From the NCBI GenBank assembly GCA_036785375.1, contig JAWMAR010000034.1:4712001-4776000 (forward strand): a stretch of DNA of 64,000 nucleotides. The letters are read 5' to 3'. This DNA comes from Leucoraja ocellata (taxonomy: Eukaryota). Positions 1 through 11,387 of the stretch are shown piece by piece. Position 1 is the stretch's first letter; every line of letters begins with the position of its first letter. The notes below the pieces were generated by a model. That model ran no database searches, was not told the origin of the DNA, and saw only the letters and a list, made by a program, of their open reading frames with translations. The translations under genes were made by a program, and so were the position numbers.

Positions 1-162
1 ATGGCATTCCCCTTAGAAGATTCAAGAATGGTGATGCCAAATTCGAAGTCCATCTGAATAAGTACTGTAAGAGACAGTAAAATCAGTCCTTTGCTCTTTT
101 ATTGTTTAACATATTTAAAAGTGGTAACATGGACATCGATCTACTTTAATTTCTTGCTACAG

Positions 163-266
163 ACTAAGATTCTGGAATGGAAGAAACACACAAAGTTGTA
201 TTTTCTCAATCGCTTGCATCAGGAGGCTGTTGAAAATGTGAAGTTTTATACAGCACAGAAAGCTCA
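163..266 (+). CDS. Probable internal exon of the upstream TTC3/DZIP3-like gene (TKILEWKKHTKLYFLNRLHQEAVENVKFYTAQKA)
   Basis: Acceptor ttcttgctacAG at 161-162 and GTAAGT donor at 267. Only one frame is open, and the helical peptide resembles the TTC3/DZIP3 coiled segment. The link to exon 2544 is unresolved: phase 2 to phase 0 needs another exon. Confidence 0.55.
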
Positions 267-479
267 GTAAGTTTCAGTACACATTTCACTATTTGCAGTT
301 TACTATTTATTTTCTAATGGTAATTGTGAAAAGTATCTGTCAAATTGATTAGGCTAGATCATCCTGTGTCTGCTTGTCTGAGCTTGCTACCACAATGCCT
401 GTGCAACTCCACTAATAAGTTAGGGATGCAGAGGGCCGACCAATGTGACCTCAGGATCTGCAAACCAGCAGCTAGAAAC

Positions 480-1110
480 CAGGAAAGAGTGCAGAGATTT
501 ACAAGGATGTTGCCAGGACCTGACAGCCTGAGTTAGAAGGAGAGGTTGGGCATGTTCAGACTTCTTTGGAGCACAGGAGACTGAGGGGTGATCTTGTAGA
601 AGTGTATAAAATCATGAGAACAGATAGGATGAATACATTTGTTTAAGAAGGAACTGCAGATGCTGGAAAATCGAAGGTAGACAAAAGTCTGAAGTCTGAA
701 GAAGGGTTTTGGCCCGAAACGTTGCCTATTTCCTTCGCTCCTTAGATGCTGCCTCACCCTCTGAGTTTCTCCAGCATTTTTGTCTACCTAGGATGAATAT
801 ATAGTGTTTTTTACTGAGGATAGCGAATCAAAAACAAGAGGACATAGGTTTAAGTTGAGAGGGACAAGATTTGATGAGAACCTGAAGGGCAATTTCTTTT
901 ACTATTGTTGGTGGGTACATAGAACAAGCTATCAGAGGGGTAGTTGAGGCAGCATTTAAAATACATTTGGACAAGTACATGGATAGAAAAGGTTTAGAGG
1001 ATTACGTCCCAAGTGCAAGCAAAATGGACTAGCTTAAATGGGGCATCATAGTCGGCATAGACAAGTTAAGCCAACGTGCCTGTTTTCATGCTGTACGATT
1101 TTTATGACTC
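480..1110 (+). mobile_element. CR1/HER1-like LINE 3' fragment interrupted by a Penelope-derived insert
   Basis: ERVQRFTRMLPG and RRLRGDL-type motifs, followed by a typical 3' tail. Confidence 0.75.
636..788. mobile_element. Penelope-derived short element with a hammerhead-like core and an 11-bp TSD
   Basis: TAGGATGAATA occurs at 625-635 and 789-799; CTGAAGA..GAAAC at 696-720. Confidence 0.75.
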
Positions 1111-2543
1111 TTGTCTTGGGATGGATCCGGAGGTTACTGTTAAAACCTGGAAATAAGTGTTATCACAAATACTTAAGACAACTAGCAATTAATGAAAAAA
1201 ACAGGATTAGGTAATTAGGGGCGATGTTGCTTATGCCAGGGATCCTTGACATAAAGCGTAGGCGTCTAATGCACTTGCAACTGGGCCGTCTCTTCAGTAA
1301 GTCTGCACTCCTTTATTTTCCTGCCTGTGCTTTGCTATGTGGAATTTAGAGACTTATGGCACAGAAACTAAATCATTAACAAACACTTCAATCATTAGTA
1401 GTCTCTACACTCAAAATAGAGATGCACAGAACCTAACCGGCATGGAATCACCAGCGACAGCAAAGTACAGTGTGGAACACTATTATTTTGGTTTTCGTGG
1501 ACATGTACTGCTTCTATGTTTTTCCACAGCAGAATGATGCAGTGTAAACGTGGTAGACATACAGCATTTGATTGTATTAGGCAAGAAACATAACTAGCAA
1601 TGGGCCAGTACTTGCAAGACAAATGTCCCTTCCTTTATATAAAATGTTATGAGTTATGAATTAAGATGAATGGAATACTTGATTCTTGCTCGACTGTAAA
1701 GTAATCCCTTAATATATCTTTAAAGGAGGGCACATTCTCCAGACGTTGTCACTAGCTGTGACATGTGGGAAAAAAGATTGAAAGGAATTCAAGGACAAAT
1801 TACTCTAATCGAAGTGAGCTGCTTTTTTTTGTCAATTTTAAAATTCTCAGGTTTCAGCAATAAAAGATAATTGACAGATTTGTAAGTACAGTATAAATTG
1901 CATGGCGGTTTTCATTTTATTCTTTACTCTGACTATTACTCCTCTGCTTCTGTAATCTTATCGCTGCTTGCACCCCAGACCTGAATTGTCTGCAAAACCT
2001 TTAACACTGGTTGTAGTCAGTATTGTAACAGGCCCTTCAGCCCACTATGTTCATGCTGATCATCATGCCTATCTATACTAATCCCATTTGCCTGCATCGA
2101 TTGCATATTCCATGTCTTGTTCATTCAAGTACTTGTCCAGATGCCTCTTAAATGTTGTTTCTGTTTTGCCTCCCTGACCTCCTCTGGAAGTTCATTTAAG
2201 ATAACAATTACTCTTTGTGTGAAACATTTACCACTCAGAAATTCCACACAATTCTCCCAAAGACCCATTGATTCCTATCAATATTATTTTTTTAATGTCA
2301 CAAGTTCTTTTATCTTCACGCTTGGCACAAGTCGTTGCTAATGTCACCGCTCTTCTTTTCAACCCCGCTATTACATTACCTTTGGACTGTTTTTACTAAA
2401 TCCACTTTCGGACCTGTTCGTATTAAGTCTCTGCATAATGATGTACGAGTTAGCTCATCAAATATATCTGAAATTGAAATGTTCTAAAAGACTTGCCTAT
2501 TGTGGTGGATTTGACAGGAGTCTAATGACTGTATTTTGCTCAG

Positions 2544-3256
2544 GCTGCCTCTTGGACCCAGGAGACAGGAGGAGATAGTGACAGTGTACCTTACATGGAC
2601 TCCCGTACATTGATGCCACCTCCATTCCGATCTGTGAACAAGCAGCAGGGACTGTCATCACTTCCCACAAGGTCTGAAATGGCAAATAAAATTGGATTTG
2701 CTGGAAAATCTGCCTCTGCTGAGGCTGGTTGGTATTCACCAGGATCCAGAACTCGTGGCGTTGAGGCAGAAATGTCACCAAGGACAGGAAAAGATGCCTA
2801 CATGCCAACTGCTTGGCCACCCAGTTACTTCAAACCTCAAGCAGCACAGCCTGTTCCACCCAGTGGTTGCAGCCGGCTTGATCTTGATCTGGAATTTGGG
2901 ATGAAGCCGCTTCCTGACAGAACTCCCCAGCTGACGACCAGTGGTTTGGAAATGCCAAATCCCTCAATGGAAGCAAAACCTGTAAAAATCCCAGATACAT
3001 CCCTCTCTGGGTTACATACGTCACGGGTTCATGGGAATCCACATAACAACGTTTTTGAGACTTATGGTACACAAATTAAATCCTTCAACAAACACTTTAA
3101 CCATTTGCAGTCTGCACAGCCAGTTATATATACCAATAACGATTTCCAGGCATTTGGTGGTGTATCCGGTGCCAGCAGTTCACAGTCCGATGAGCCTCGG
3201 TCATCCTATCATGCTGTAATGGAGCAACTGTTCTTCAAGTTTCCTACAATAAGCAT
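2544..3256 (+). CDS. Large Pro/Ser-rich exon of the upstream gene, ending at the start of a TTC3/DZIP3/RBM44-type helical domain (SSYHAVMEQLFFKFPTIS)
   Basis: Acceptor ttttgctcAG (2542-2543), open frame containing ORF 2595-3260, GTAAGT donor at 3257. Phase 2 matches the exon at 5304. Confidence 0.8.
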
Positions 3257-3559
3257 GTAAGTTATTTTGCTAACAATCATTAAAAAAAATATCTTGCATC
3301 GTGTTGAAAGAAAGAATTTTGCTTGGATCCATTCAGCTTCCATTTAGCAGAAATGCCGTGAATCTTGGAGTTGTAATCCAGTGACATAAAAATGAACAAT
3401 ACAGATACATTCTCATGATGCCCCATTTACATTCCTTGCTCATCCCTAATTGCCTTTGGGAAGTTGGTGGGGAATTGGCACTTTGAAATGCAGAAGTGAT
3501 TCTAGTAAAGTACTCCCACCATGGTGTATGGTATGGATTTACAAGGTTTAGAATCCACA

Positions 3560-4140
3560 AAGATTCAAGATACAAGAGAGTTTATTGTCATGTGTCCCAG
3601 ATAGGACAATGAAATTCTTGCTTTGCTTCAGCAGAACAGAATATAGTAGGCATGAATACAGAACAGATCAGTGCGTCCACATACCATTATATAAATGTAT
3701 GCACACATGAATAAATAAACAGAAAAAGTGCAAATAAACAGATAATGGTCTATTAATGTTCAGAATTTTGTTTCAGTTAAGTTTAATAGGATGATGGCTG
3801 TGGGGAAGTAGCTATTACTGAACCTGGACGTTGCAGTCCTCAGGCTCATGTACCTTCTACCTGAAGGTAGTGTGTGGCCAGGATGTTGTGGGTCCTTGAT
3901 GAATGCTGCCAGCCTTTTTGAGGCAGCGACTGCGATAGATCCCCTCGATGGTAGGGAGGTCAGAGCCGATGATGGACTGGGCAGTGTTTACTACTTTGTG
4001 TAGTCTTTTCCACTCCTGGGCCCTCAAGTTGCCGAACCAAGCCACGATGCAACCGGTCAGCATGCTCTACTGTGCACCTGTAGAAGTTAGAGAGAGCCTT
4101 GACATACCGACTCTCCGTAATCTTCTCAGGGAGTAGAGGA
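3560..4140 (-). mobile_element. Rex1/Babar-like LINE 3' end
   Basis: Encodes MLTGCIVAWFGN...VVNTAQSIIG..LPTIEGIYRSRCLKKA, followed by a 3' UTR. Confidence 0.75.
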
Positions 4141-4307
4141 TAAAAGAACAATGATGCGACCTGGTGAGGAATCTGCAGGCAGTGGTGACCTCTTGCACAG
4201 TAGTCACAGGTTTGACAAGTGAGATTTTGTGGAAACAAGCAAGTTCATCCCATATAATTGTAGGCATGTGCCCACGGCTTCAGCCCTGTCTGCTTGGATG
4301 GAAGCAG

Positions 4308-4612
4308 TTTAATTTAGCTTAAAGGTACAATGCGGAAACGGGCCCTTCGGCCCACTGAGTCCGCATCGACCAGCAATGCCCGCACACACACTAGGATCAA
4401 TTTTACATTTACACCTAGCCAAATAACCAACACACCTGTACGTCTTTGGAGCAGGGGAGGAAACCGAAGATCTCTTGAGAAAACCTACGCAGGTCATGTG
4501 GAGAAAGTACAAACTCCATACAGACAGCACCCATAGTCGGGATCGAACCCGGGTCTCCAGCGCTGCAGATGCTGTAAGGCAGCAACTCCACCGCTGCGTC
4601 ACCTTGTCGCCC
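4308..4612 (-). mobile_element. tRNA-derived V-SINE (HE1-like)
   Basis: On the minus strand: A/B-box head (GGTTCGATCC), V-domain TTCGGTTTCCTCCC..TCCAAAGACGT and a CR1-like tail. Confidence 0.85.
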
Positions 4613-5303
4613 AGTTGTCCTAGTAACTGGCTTTGAAACAACAATGATTGTTTAGAATGTGGGTATCTGTCAGCTGAAGAAAGTGCCTTGCTGAGAAACA
4701 GTAAGAAAACTTCACAAGTTCATTTTTGGTTCTTTGGGTATTTTTAAGGCGGAGATTGGCATGTTTTTGATTAGTATGGGTGTCTGGGGTTATGGGGAGA
4801 AGGCAGGAGAATGAGGTTGAGAAGAAGACAGATCAGCCATGATTGAATGGCAGAGTAGACACAATGGGATGAAATGCCTAATTTTGCTTCTATGCCTTAT
4901 ATAAGTACAATACCTTTCCAGGCTATTTTGATTGATTTGCGATATACCAGTGCTTTCTTTTTGAGAACAAAAATGTGCCGGTACACGTCTCATTCTTTGC
5001 TGTTAGTGTTTCTGATAAATCGTCGTCCTATAAGCTGCTTAAGCTGTTTAGGGGCCTGACTGGCTAACTTAAATAATACATTTTATTTTTGTAACTTTTG
5101 TAATCTTTTTGTAATATTAAAATTTGAAAGTCTAGCTGTAACTTTTTAAGAGGTGTCGGTGTGCCATATCAGGCATACAATGACAATGAAAGCACTGGGA
5201 TGCACCATATATGGTGCTCAATGATTTTAATGCTTTTAAAGTCTTTATTGCTTGCATTTTGCCTGGCTGTATTTAGACTAATTTTATCTATTCTATATTA
5301 CAG

Positions 5304-5430
5304 AGCCAGATTGCACTTATTTATTAATAAAGTGAAGGAGGAAAATGGTGGCACACTCTCAGGTTTATCTGTGGAGGAGCTGGTGGGACGAGTCTCTTAT
5401 TATATTCACCAGGGCACCCATCCAGAAATA
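5304..5430 (+). CDS. Exon encoding the helical domain ARLHLFINKVKEENGGTLSGLSVEELVGRVSYYIH
   Basis: cAG acceptor at 5302-5303, GTGAGT donor at 5431, phases 2/0 fit both neighbours. The motif FIxKV-x(4)-G-T-LSGLS-x-[DE]E-[IL]VxRV resembles TTC3/DZIP3/RBM44 (recalled, not searched). Confidence 0.8.
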
Positions 5431-6535
5431 GTGAGTATGATTTCACTGCATTCCTAATCACATCGCAAAATCTAACACTGCACAATGCAAGAAAATAATA
5501 ATGTATTACAGTTGTCATCTACCAAGATAGTTGCAAAATATAGTTTCAATTATTTTTATTGGAGCTACTCCTTTTCCCTTTGAGCTCATTGATTAGTGAA
5601 TCTACTGAATCACCCTTGCTTGTGACTTGTTGATCTCACCTGCAGTTGATGTGTAAATACAGCCACACTATACATTGATGACTCTTGAACTTTTCCTCTG
5701 CTGCAGAATATAGTTTTTTGTCATTAATAGTAGAAATGGTATTTAAAACAGCCTGGGTGTGATTAGGCTACCATTCTGGTTGGATCATTGTCGGATGTAT
5801 TTTAAGTCACTCATTTAGAGATAATTAGAGCACCAATATAATGCTTCCTCTATCGTGTTTCTCAGATTTGCTGTGTTGGAATATTAAAATTATGGATGCC
5901 ATTTTGCAGAATAAAAATTACTTTAATTTTATGACCCAGGCATTATGTAATAATTTAACATTTTGATTTGAATTTTTTTAAACTGGGTAGTTTTGAGGAT
6001 ATTAATTCTATGGCTGTCAGATTGCATTTATATTTTCAGGTTTTTATACATATTCAATGCATACAAAGCTGTTAGTTTTGAAACTGCACTCAGCAGCAAA
6101 GAGAGATTGACATTCTAATGAAGGCACAAGAGACAGATGCTGGAATTAGCTGCAAAAAACAACAGCATTTGGAGGAACTTAGTACTGTTTCACAGGCAGC
6201 ATCTGTGAAGGGCAATGGCACCAATTAGCAATCTACTATTTGATAGTTAAAACTATAGATTTATTGCTGGTTTATTGCATTTTAATTGCTAGGAACAGTT
6301 AAATTTAAATGTATTTTATTCAAAACAGAAATTCTTAGTTATTTTATAGCGCTTGTTTAAAAATCTCCAATAAACATAAACTCTAACAACTTGCAGTTAG
6401 TAACTTTCAATTAAACTGCTTTAAATTGACGCCTTCATTGTGCAGTTGCCATAGTTGGGCCAGCTTAATTGTTTTGGGATGCATTTAAAATTGTCAACAG
6501 AATTAACTTTTGCATTTTGTCTCTCTTTCTTTCAG

Positions 6536-6745
6536 ACGTATGCATCTCGAATCGATCCATTATCATTTGCGCCCATGAGCCACGAAAATCCTTTCTTCCC
6601 CAGTCACCACGCTCCGCATTCTGACCAGTCACGAACATTACCGGATGGGTTCAGCGGCCTTGCTCCAGCGGATGCATCTGCTGCAGGGTTTGGGTTACCT
6701 CTTGGAGATTTACTGGAATTGGAAGGCTGTTTTGATGAAATGTAA
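6536..6745 (+). CDS. Terminal coding exon of the upstream gene (TYASRIDPL...LEGCFDEM*)
   Basis: Strong polypyrimidine acceptor ctctctttctttcAG ending at 6535, phase 0, TAA stop at 6743-6745. Confidence 0.75.
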   Translation, partial: TYASRIDPLSFAPMSHENPFFPSHHAPHSDQSRTLPDGFSGLAPADASAAGFGLPLGDLLELEGCFDEM

Positions 6746-8080
6746 AACCACAGAAACAAATTCACAATCTAGGTGTATTATTGTAAGTTTATGTGAACGT
6801 AGTTGGGTAGCATGTGATGTTAATTGCTCAAATTATCAGTGCGACAAAGCAAAAACAACAGACTTTTTCCACTTGCACACAGATGATGTTGTAAATTAAG
6901 TGAAAGTAGAGTGTTGATTCGATCTCAAACATGGTCCTAATTGAACCGTTCCTTTCTGTAAAGCCTGTTCTGTGAACCGTTCGTACAGAAGTCGCATCCT
7001 TGGTTCCACCAAACCTTGATTTGATATTGATTTATTATTGTCACATGTGCTAAGTTACAGTAAACAACGGGTTCTCACCCAATGTTTCAAAAACGGTACA
7101 AAATCTAGAACTACTTTTAAATGTGTGAGATAATGATCATTGGGCAATGTAAAAACAAGGATCTGCTGATGCTGTTTTATATTAAAGACAAAATGCTGGA
7201 GTAACAGGGTTAGGCCACGTCACTGGGAAACACCGGGCAAGCTGGCCCTCATAGAATGTGAAAGAATCATTTTACAGATTACAGCCAAACACATGATAAG
7301 ATAGTGATGATGTTATTGGTTAAGTGGGGTCGTGGGTGTGGATTGATCAGATGGTCACTGATTTTTGTTTCATTTTTGATAGTTGAGATAAAATTAAAGC
7401 AACTTGCAAGAGCTGCAAGATATAACCACCTCCTATTTCTGGCTAACTCTCATTCCAAGTCACTCTGGCAACCACTCAAAGGAGCTCTAATTACTACCCC
7501 TGTCTGTATTTTGCGTGCAGCTTCCTGTAAGTTTAAATGTGTACGGATCTTTTTCATTATGAAGAAAATTTCAATAATTAGCTGGAGGATTCTGTTCCCA
7601 TTTGTGCAGGAAATAGGTTCTGCCTGTGGGTCTTTGCAAGTTGCATACAGTCCAGCTCCCACACACATGGCAATGCGATTGATGCAATCACTCTCCACCC
7701 CCTCCAATTGTATCATTTTTAGCTCTTCTTGCTGCAAATCCAAGAAATGATTCCATCTCATCCATCTCATACACACCATCTTCTCAAGAGAAGATCATGT
7801 TTGATGCTTTATGGTAGTGTTTTAATGATTTGGTTGTAAGCATTTTGAAACACAGATGAACAGATTTCACTGCAACTATGTAAGCAAGTACATTTCCAAG
7901 GGTGGAAAGGTGGAATCAAGGCCGCTATTTCCCTGTGGACAGCCAAACACTGGGTTTATTTTCTTCAGCTCAGAATGTGGGACTGCCAAGCAGGTCAAGC
8001 AGTATCTGTAGAGAAAGAAATAAAGTTAATGTTTCTGGTTGAAGACTTTTCATCAGAACTCACTGACGCAGGAGTATTCT

Positions 8081-8211
8081 TCTTCTTTCGTGTGGAGTGC
8101 ACAGCCTAAAGTTGTTGGACAACTTGTTCTATTTGATCTTCTATTTGTGCACGTCGAGTTGATTGCATTAGTCGAAACAGGGCGGACCACGTGAAGGTGA
8201 TCTTCCACCCC
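8081..8211 (-). mobile_element. Short non-LTR retroelement with a 5' HDV-like ribozyme head and a (GAA)n tail
   Basis: TSD ACGCA(G/T)GAGTATTCT at 8066-8080 and 8212-8226; 3' tail CGAAAGAAGAAGAA, partly overlapping the TSD. Confidence 0.85.
8161..8211 (-). ncRNA. Minimal HDV/CPEB3-like self-cleaving ribozyme fold (P2 damaged in this copy)
   Basis: GGGGUGG-AAGAUC-ACC-UUCACGU-GGU-CCGCCCU-GU-UUCGA-C-UAA-UGCAAUC: P1 with a G1.U wobble, P3/L3, P1.1, candidate catalytic C and the P2 3' strand. Confidence 0.75.
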
Positions 8212-9809
8212 ACGCATGAGTATTCTGGTGATCTGATGAAAAATCTCAACCTTATTTTGGGTAACTTTGGTTTATCGACTGAATATGAATCCAAATATCT
8301 ATTTCCACATCTGACTTTTTACAAACTGTTCTAAAATGTTTTAATTATCCAGCATTCCAACATAAGAATCATTGTGGTACAATACCAACTGCAAATGCCG
8401 AAGATATAATCTTCAAGTAAAACTCCAGACCTTCAAGGTATTCACCAATATGAATTAAAATCAGAGATAAGATCCCTGCTTCACTGCCCCTTCATGATAT
8501 TATATAAATTCCTACACTTTCAGCCATCGTGTGAAAATTCAGGTTAATGCTGCAAACACAATCTATAAATCATTAAGATTTAGGACATAATTAATGGCAT
8601 TGTTGTTATTTCTCATAATCCTCAAATTGTAAAATGATCAAGAGTCAAGAATACACCAGGATACACCATTTTGGCCACTGATATCTGAGAAACGGTATAA
8701 TTGTGGCAGAGTACTATTAATTTTCGGACTCCCAAGATGACACATTCCTGCATTGCACAGCTGATTGTTTGAAATCTGTGAAAAGATAACCCCAGACATG
8801 TCAGTGAGATTAATAAATACCAGACACAACTCATTGGGTATTTCTCTTACTGTTGTGTTCAAGGTGTGTGTGATCTAACTAGAATTTTATAACTCGTTCA
8901 CGATTAAGTAACTGCTTGTGCATAATTTACGTGTTTGGATTCAAAATGTTCCAGATCTGAAATAAAAAGAAATTATAAGCAAATTAAGTAATTAATTGCC
9001 TCCAATGGGACTTTTTTCAGAGCTTTTTTTATTATCTCACCTTACAAAGAGGAGGTTGGTCAACATAGCCAGTTTGTTCAATAGAAGGCAGTTCTGTGGG
9101 GAATGGGGGCAGAAATGGGAGAGGTTTCGCATAGTCTTAGGGCGATGGCCAATAGGAAAAAATGTTCTCTCGTTGAAAAGAGGAGTAATTCATTGATACA
9201 GATTGATTATTGTCATGTGTACACAGAGAGAGTGAAAATATTAGTGTGCTATCCAGTCAAATTATATTGTACATGAGTACAATCAAGTTACACATGAGGG
9301 ACTCTTGAGCGCGAGAGTAGTTATCTAAGTTCATTGCTCCTTTTAGGAATTTGGGGTGAGGATTTGTTCACGTTCTCCAACTTTGTTTTGTTTACATCTC
9401 ACAAAAACTTGCACTTTTAGAAAACATAAAGTTGACCAATAACAATATATATGAAGAAACATGTCAAAATTATCTCTTGCTTAGGAATGATTCCACGAGG
9501 GAGATGGATATGAGATGTAGGTCTGATTTCTTAATGAAAAACAGCTGAGTATTAGAACATCTAAACCTTGAAACTAACTTGTTTTGTGAAATTTAAACAA
9601 CGTTCCTGTGATTGTTCTTGGGGTGGAGATAGATGTGGATGGGAGAGCTGAAGCGATGAGATCTGTAGGGGACCAGGAGATGGTGGCCTGAGGGTCCAGC
9701 TGGGTTGGAAGGCAAGCACCAGCTCAGGAACTTCCCAGTCCTTGTTCCCCTCTAGTAGATAGTAGCATTCGATCCAATTTGTGATCCCAGCTACAAAGAC
9801 AGATGTATA

Positions 9810-11387
9810 GGGAGGTTTCACGGCCATCGGGTTACGACCCATGACCCGTACTGTTGCTACGCTACTCCAAATGGATTACACGCGATGAACTGCAGGTAGG
9901 CACTTACCATTGCTTCCAGTGTGGCGGGCCCGTTAAAACCCGCTGAAATTGTCAATTTTTGCGCTGTAAATAATTATCGAAATCAGGATAAGCGTGAGAG
10001 ACATTTAACGTACTTCAGAATTCCAAAAGTGAGGAGAAATTACGGTAGATAAAAACGAGAGCTGAAGGGACAACAACAGACAGAGTGCTTGGCGAACATT
10101 GGCCATTTGCTTACTGCATTTCATCAACAGTAAAGCATTATTTGTGTTTTTTCTTGATTCCTTTGGCATCTAAAAAGTTTCAGAAGTGATAAAACTGGCT
10201 GTAATTTTTTTAAATCGCCCATGGTTCTCGTGGGTTTTTACATACAAAATGAAAACGCATCTGAAGAAAAATTTACAACCAGATTTATCACTTCTGATAA
10301 TTTTTCGATACCAAAGGAATCAAGAAAAAACAAATAATGCCTTACTTGATGAAATGCAGTGAGCAAACGCGATAATTCCCAATATTTTCAATGTTTACCA
10401 AGCACTTTATCTGCTATAGGGTGATTTCACGAAAGGTCACTGGATCATAGATCCTCACCCACGTGACCGCAAAATTTAACTGGGGTACAAACGTCACTTC
10501 CGGTACATGTTATTGATGCTAGAAACGTGAATTTTCAAACCCGTTATAAACCGCGAAAACGGTTAGTTTTTGAGCTGTAAATAACTGTGCCAGTCGGGGT
10601 GACCGCGAGGCACAGTTATCTTACTTTACAGTCCAGAAGATAAAGAAAAACAAAGGTAAAGAGAAGAGCGCTTAAGGGAAAATAACAGCGGAAATTGTTG
10701 GCCTTGCAGATATAAAGATCGAAAATATCGGGAATTATCGCGTTTGTTCACTGCATTTCATCAAAACATCAATAATGCCTTAGTTTTGATGAAATGCAGT
10801 GAACAAACGCAATAATTCCCGATATTTTCGATCTTTATATCTGCACAGCCAACAACTACCGCTATTATTTTCCCTTAAGCGCTCGCTTCTCTTCACCTTC
10901 GTTTTTCTTTATCTTTTGGACTGTAAAGTAAGATAACTATGCCTCGCGGTCACCGCGACTGGCACAGTTATTTACAGCTGAAAAACTAACCGTTAACGGG
11001 TTTGAAAATTCGCGTTTCTAGCATCAATAACATGTACCGGAAGTGACTTTTGTACCCTAGTTAAATTTTGCAGTCACGTGGGTGAGGATCTATGATCCAG
11101 TGACCTTTTATGAAATCGCCCTATAGTCCCTTCAGTTCTCGCTTCTCTATACCTTCATTTCGCTTCCCGTTTGGAATTCTAAAGTTGGGTACATGTCTCT
11201 CACACTTACCTCGACTCCCACAATTTTTTTCAGCGCAAAAATTCAACATTTTGGCGTTTTTTAACAGGTTGGAAAGTGCGTTTCTCGCAATAATAACATA
11301 TACCGGAAGTGACGGATGTCTTCCAGTTGGATTTAGCGGCTCTGTGCGTCGAGCCCTATGACCCAGTGACCTTTCGTGCAACCCCCC
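9810..11387. mobile_element. Outer imperfect foldback non-autonomous DNA transposon
   Basis: TATA flanks at 9806-9809 and 11388-11391, GGG..CCC ends, and arms inverted about ~10230. Confidence 0.8.
10419..11121. mobile_element. Inner ~700-bp near-perfect foldback MITE of the same family, nested in the right arm of the outer element
   Basis: TATA flanks at 10415-10418 and 11122-11125; arms are reverse-complementary about ~10770; termini are homologous to the outer right end. Confidence 0.9.

Larger units (their letters stand above)
7450..8775 (-). pseudogene. Possible decayed RI-type leucine-rich-repeat gene (LRRC74-like)
   Basis: Minus-strand peptides ISNNQLCNAGMCHL..KINSTL (right after a ttttcacAG acceptor), MRWNHF, KNDT and INRIA, scattered across frames. 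Confidence 0.3.

Noticed and set aside
1-66. Possible exon or start ATG at the window start
   Set aside because: The ATG frame stops at 55-57, and the nearby donor phases do not fit the exon at 163.
1851-1881. AG...GTAAGT-bounded micro-exon
   Set aside because: It has stop codons in all three frames.
2438-2471. C/D-box snoRNA-like ATGATG..CTGA
   Set aside because: It is too short, the C box is imperfect, and there is no terminal stem.
4530-4612. tRNA gene
   Set aside because: It is the tRNA-derived head of a V-SINE, not a complete cloverleaf.
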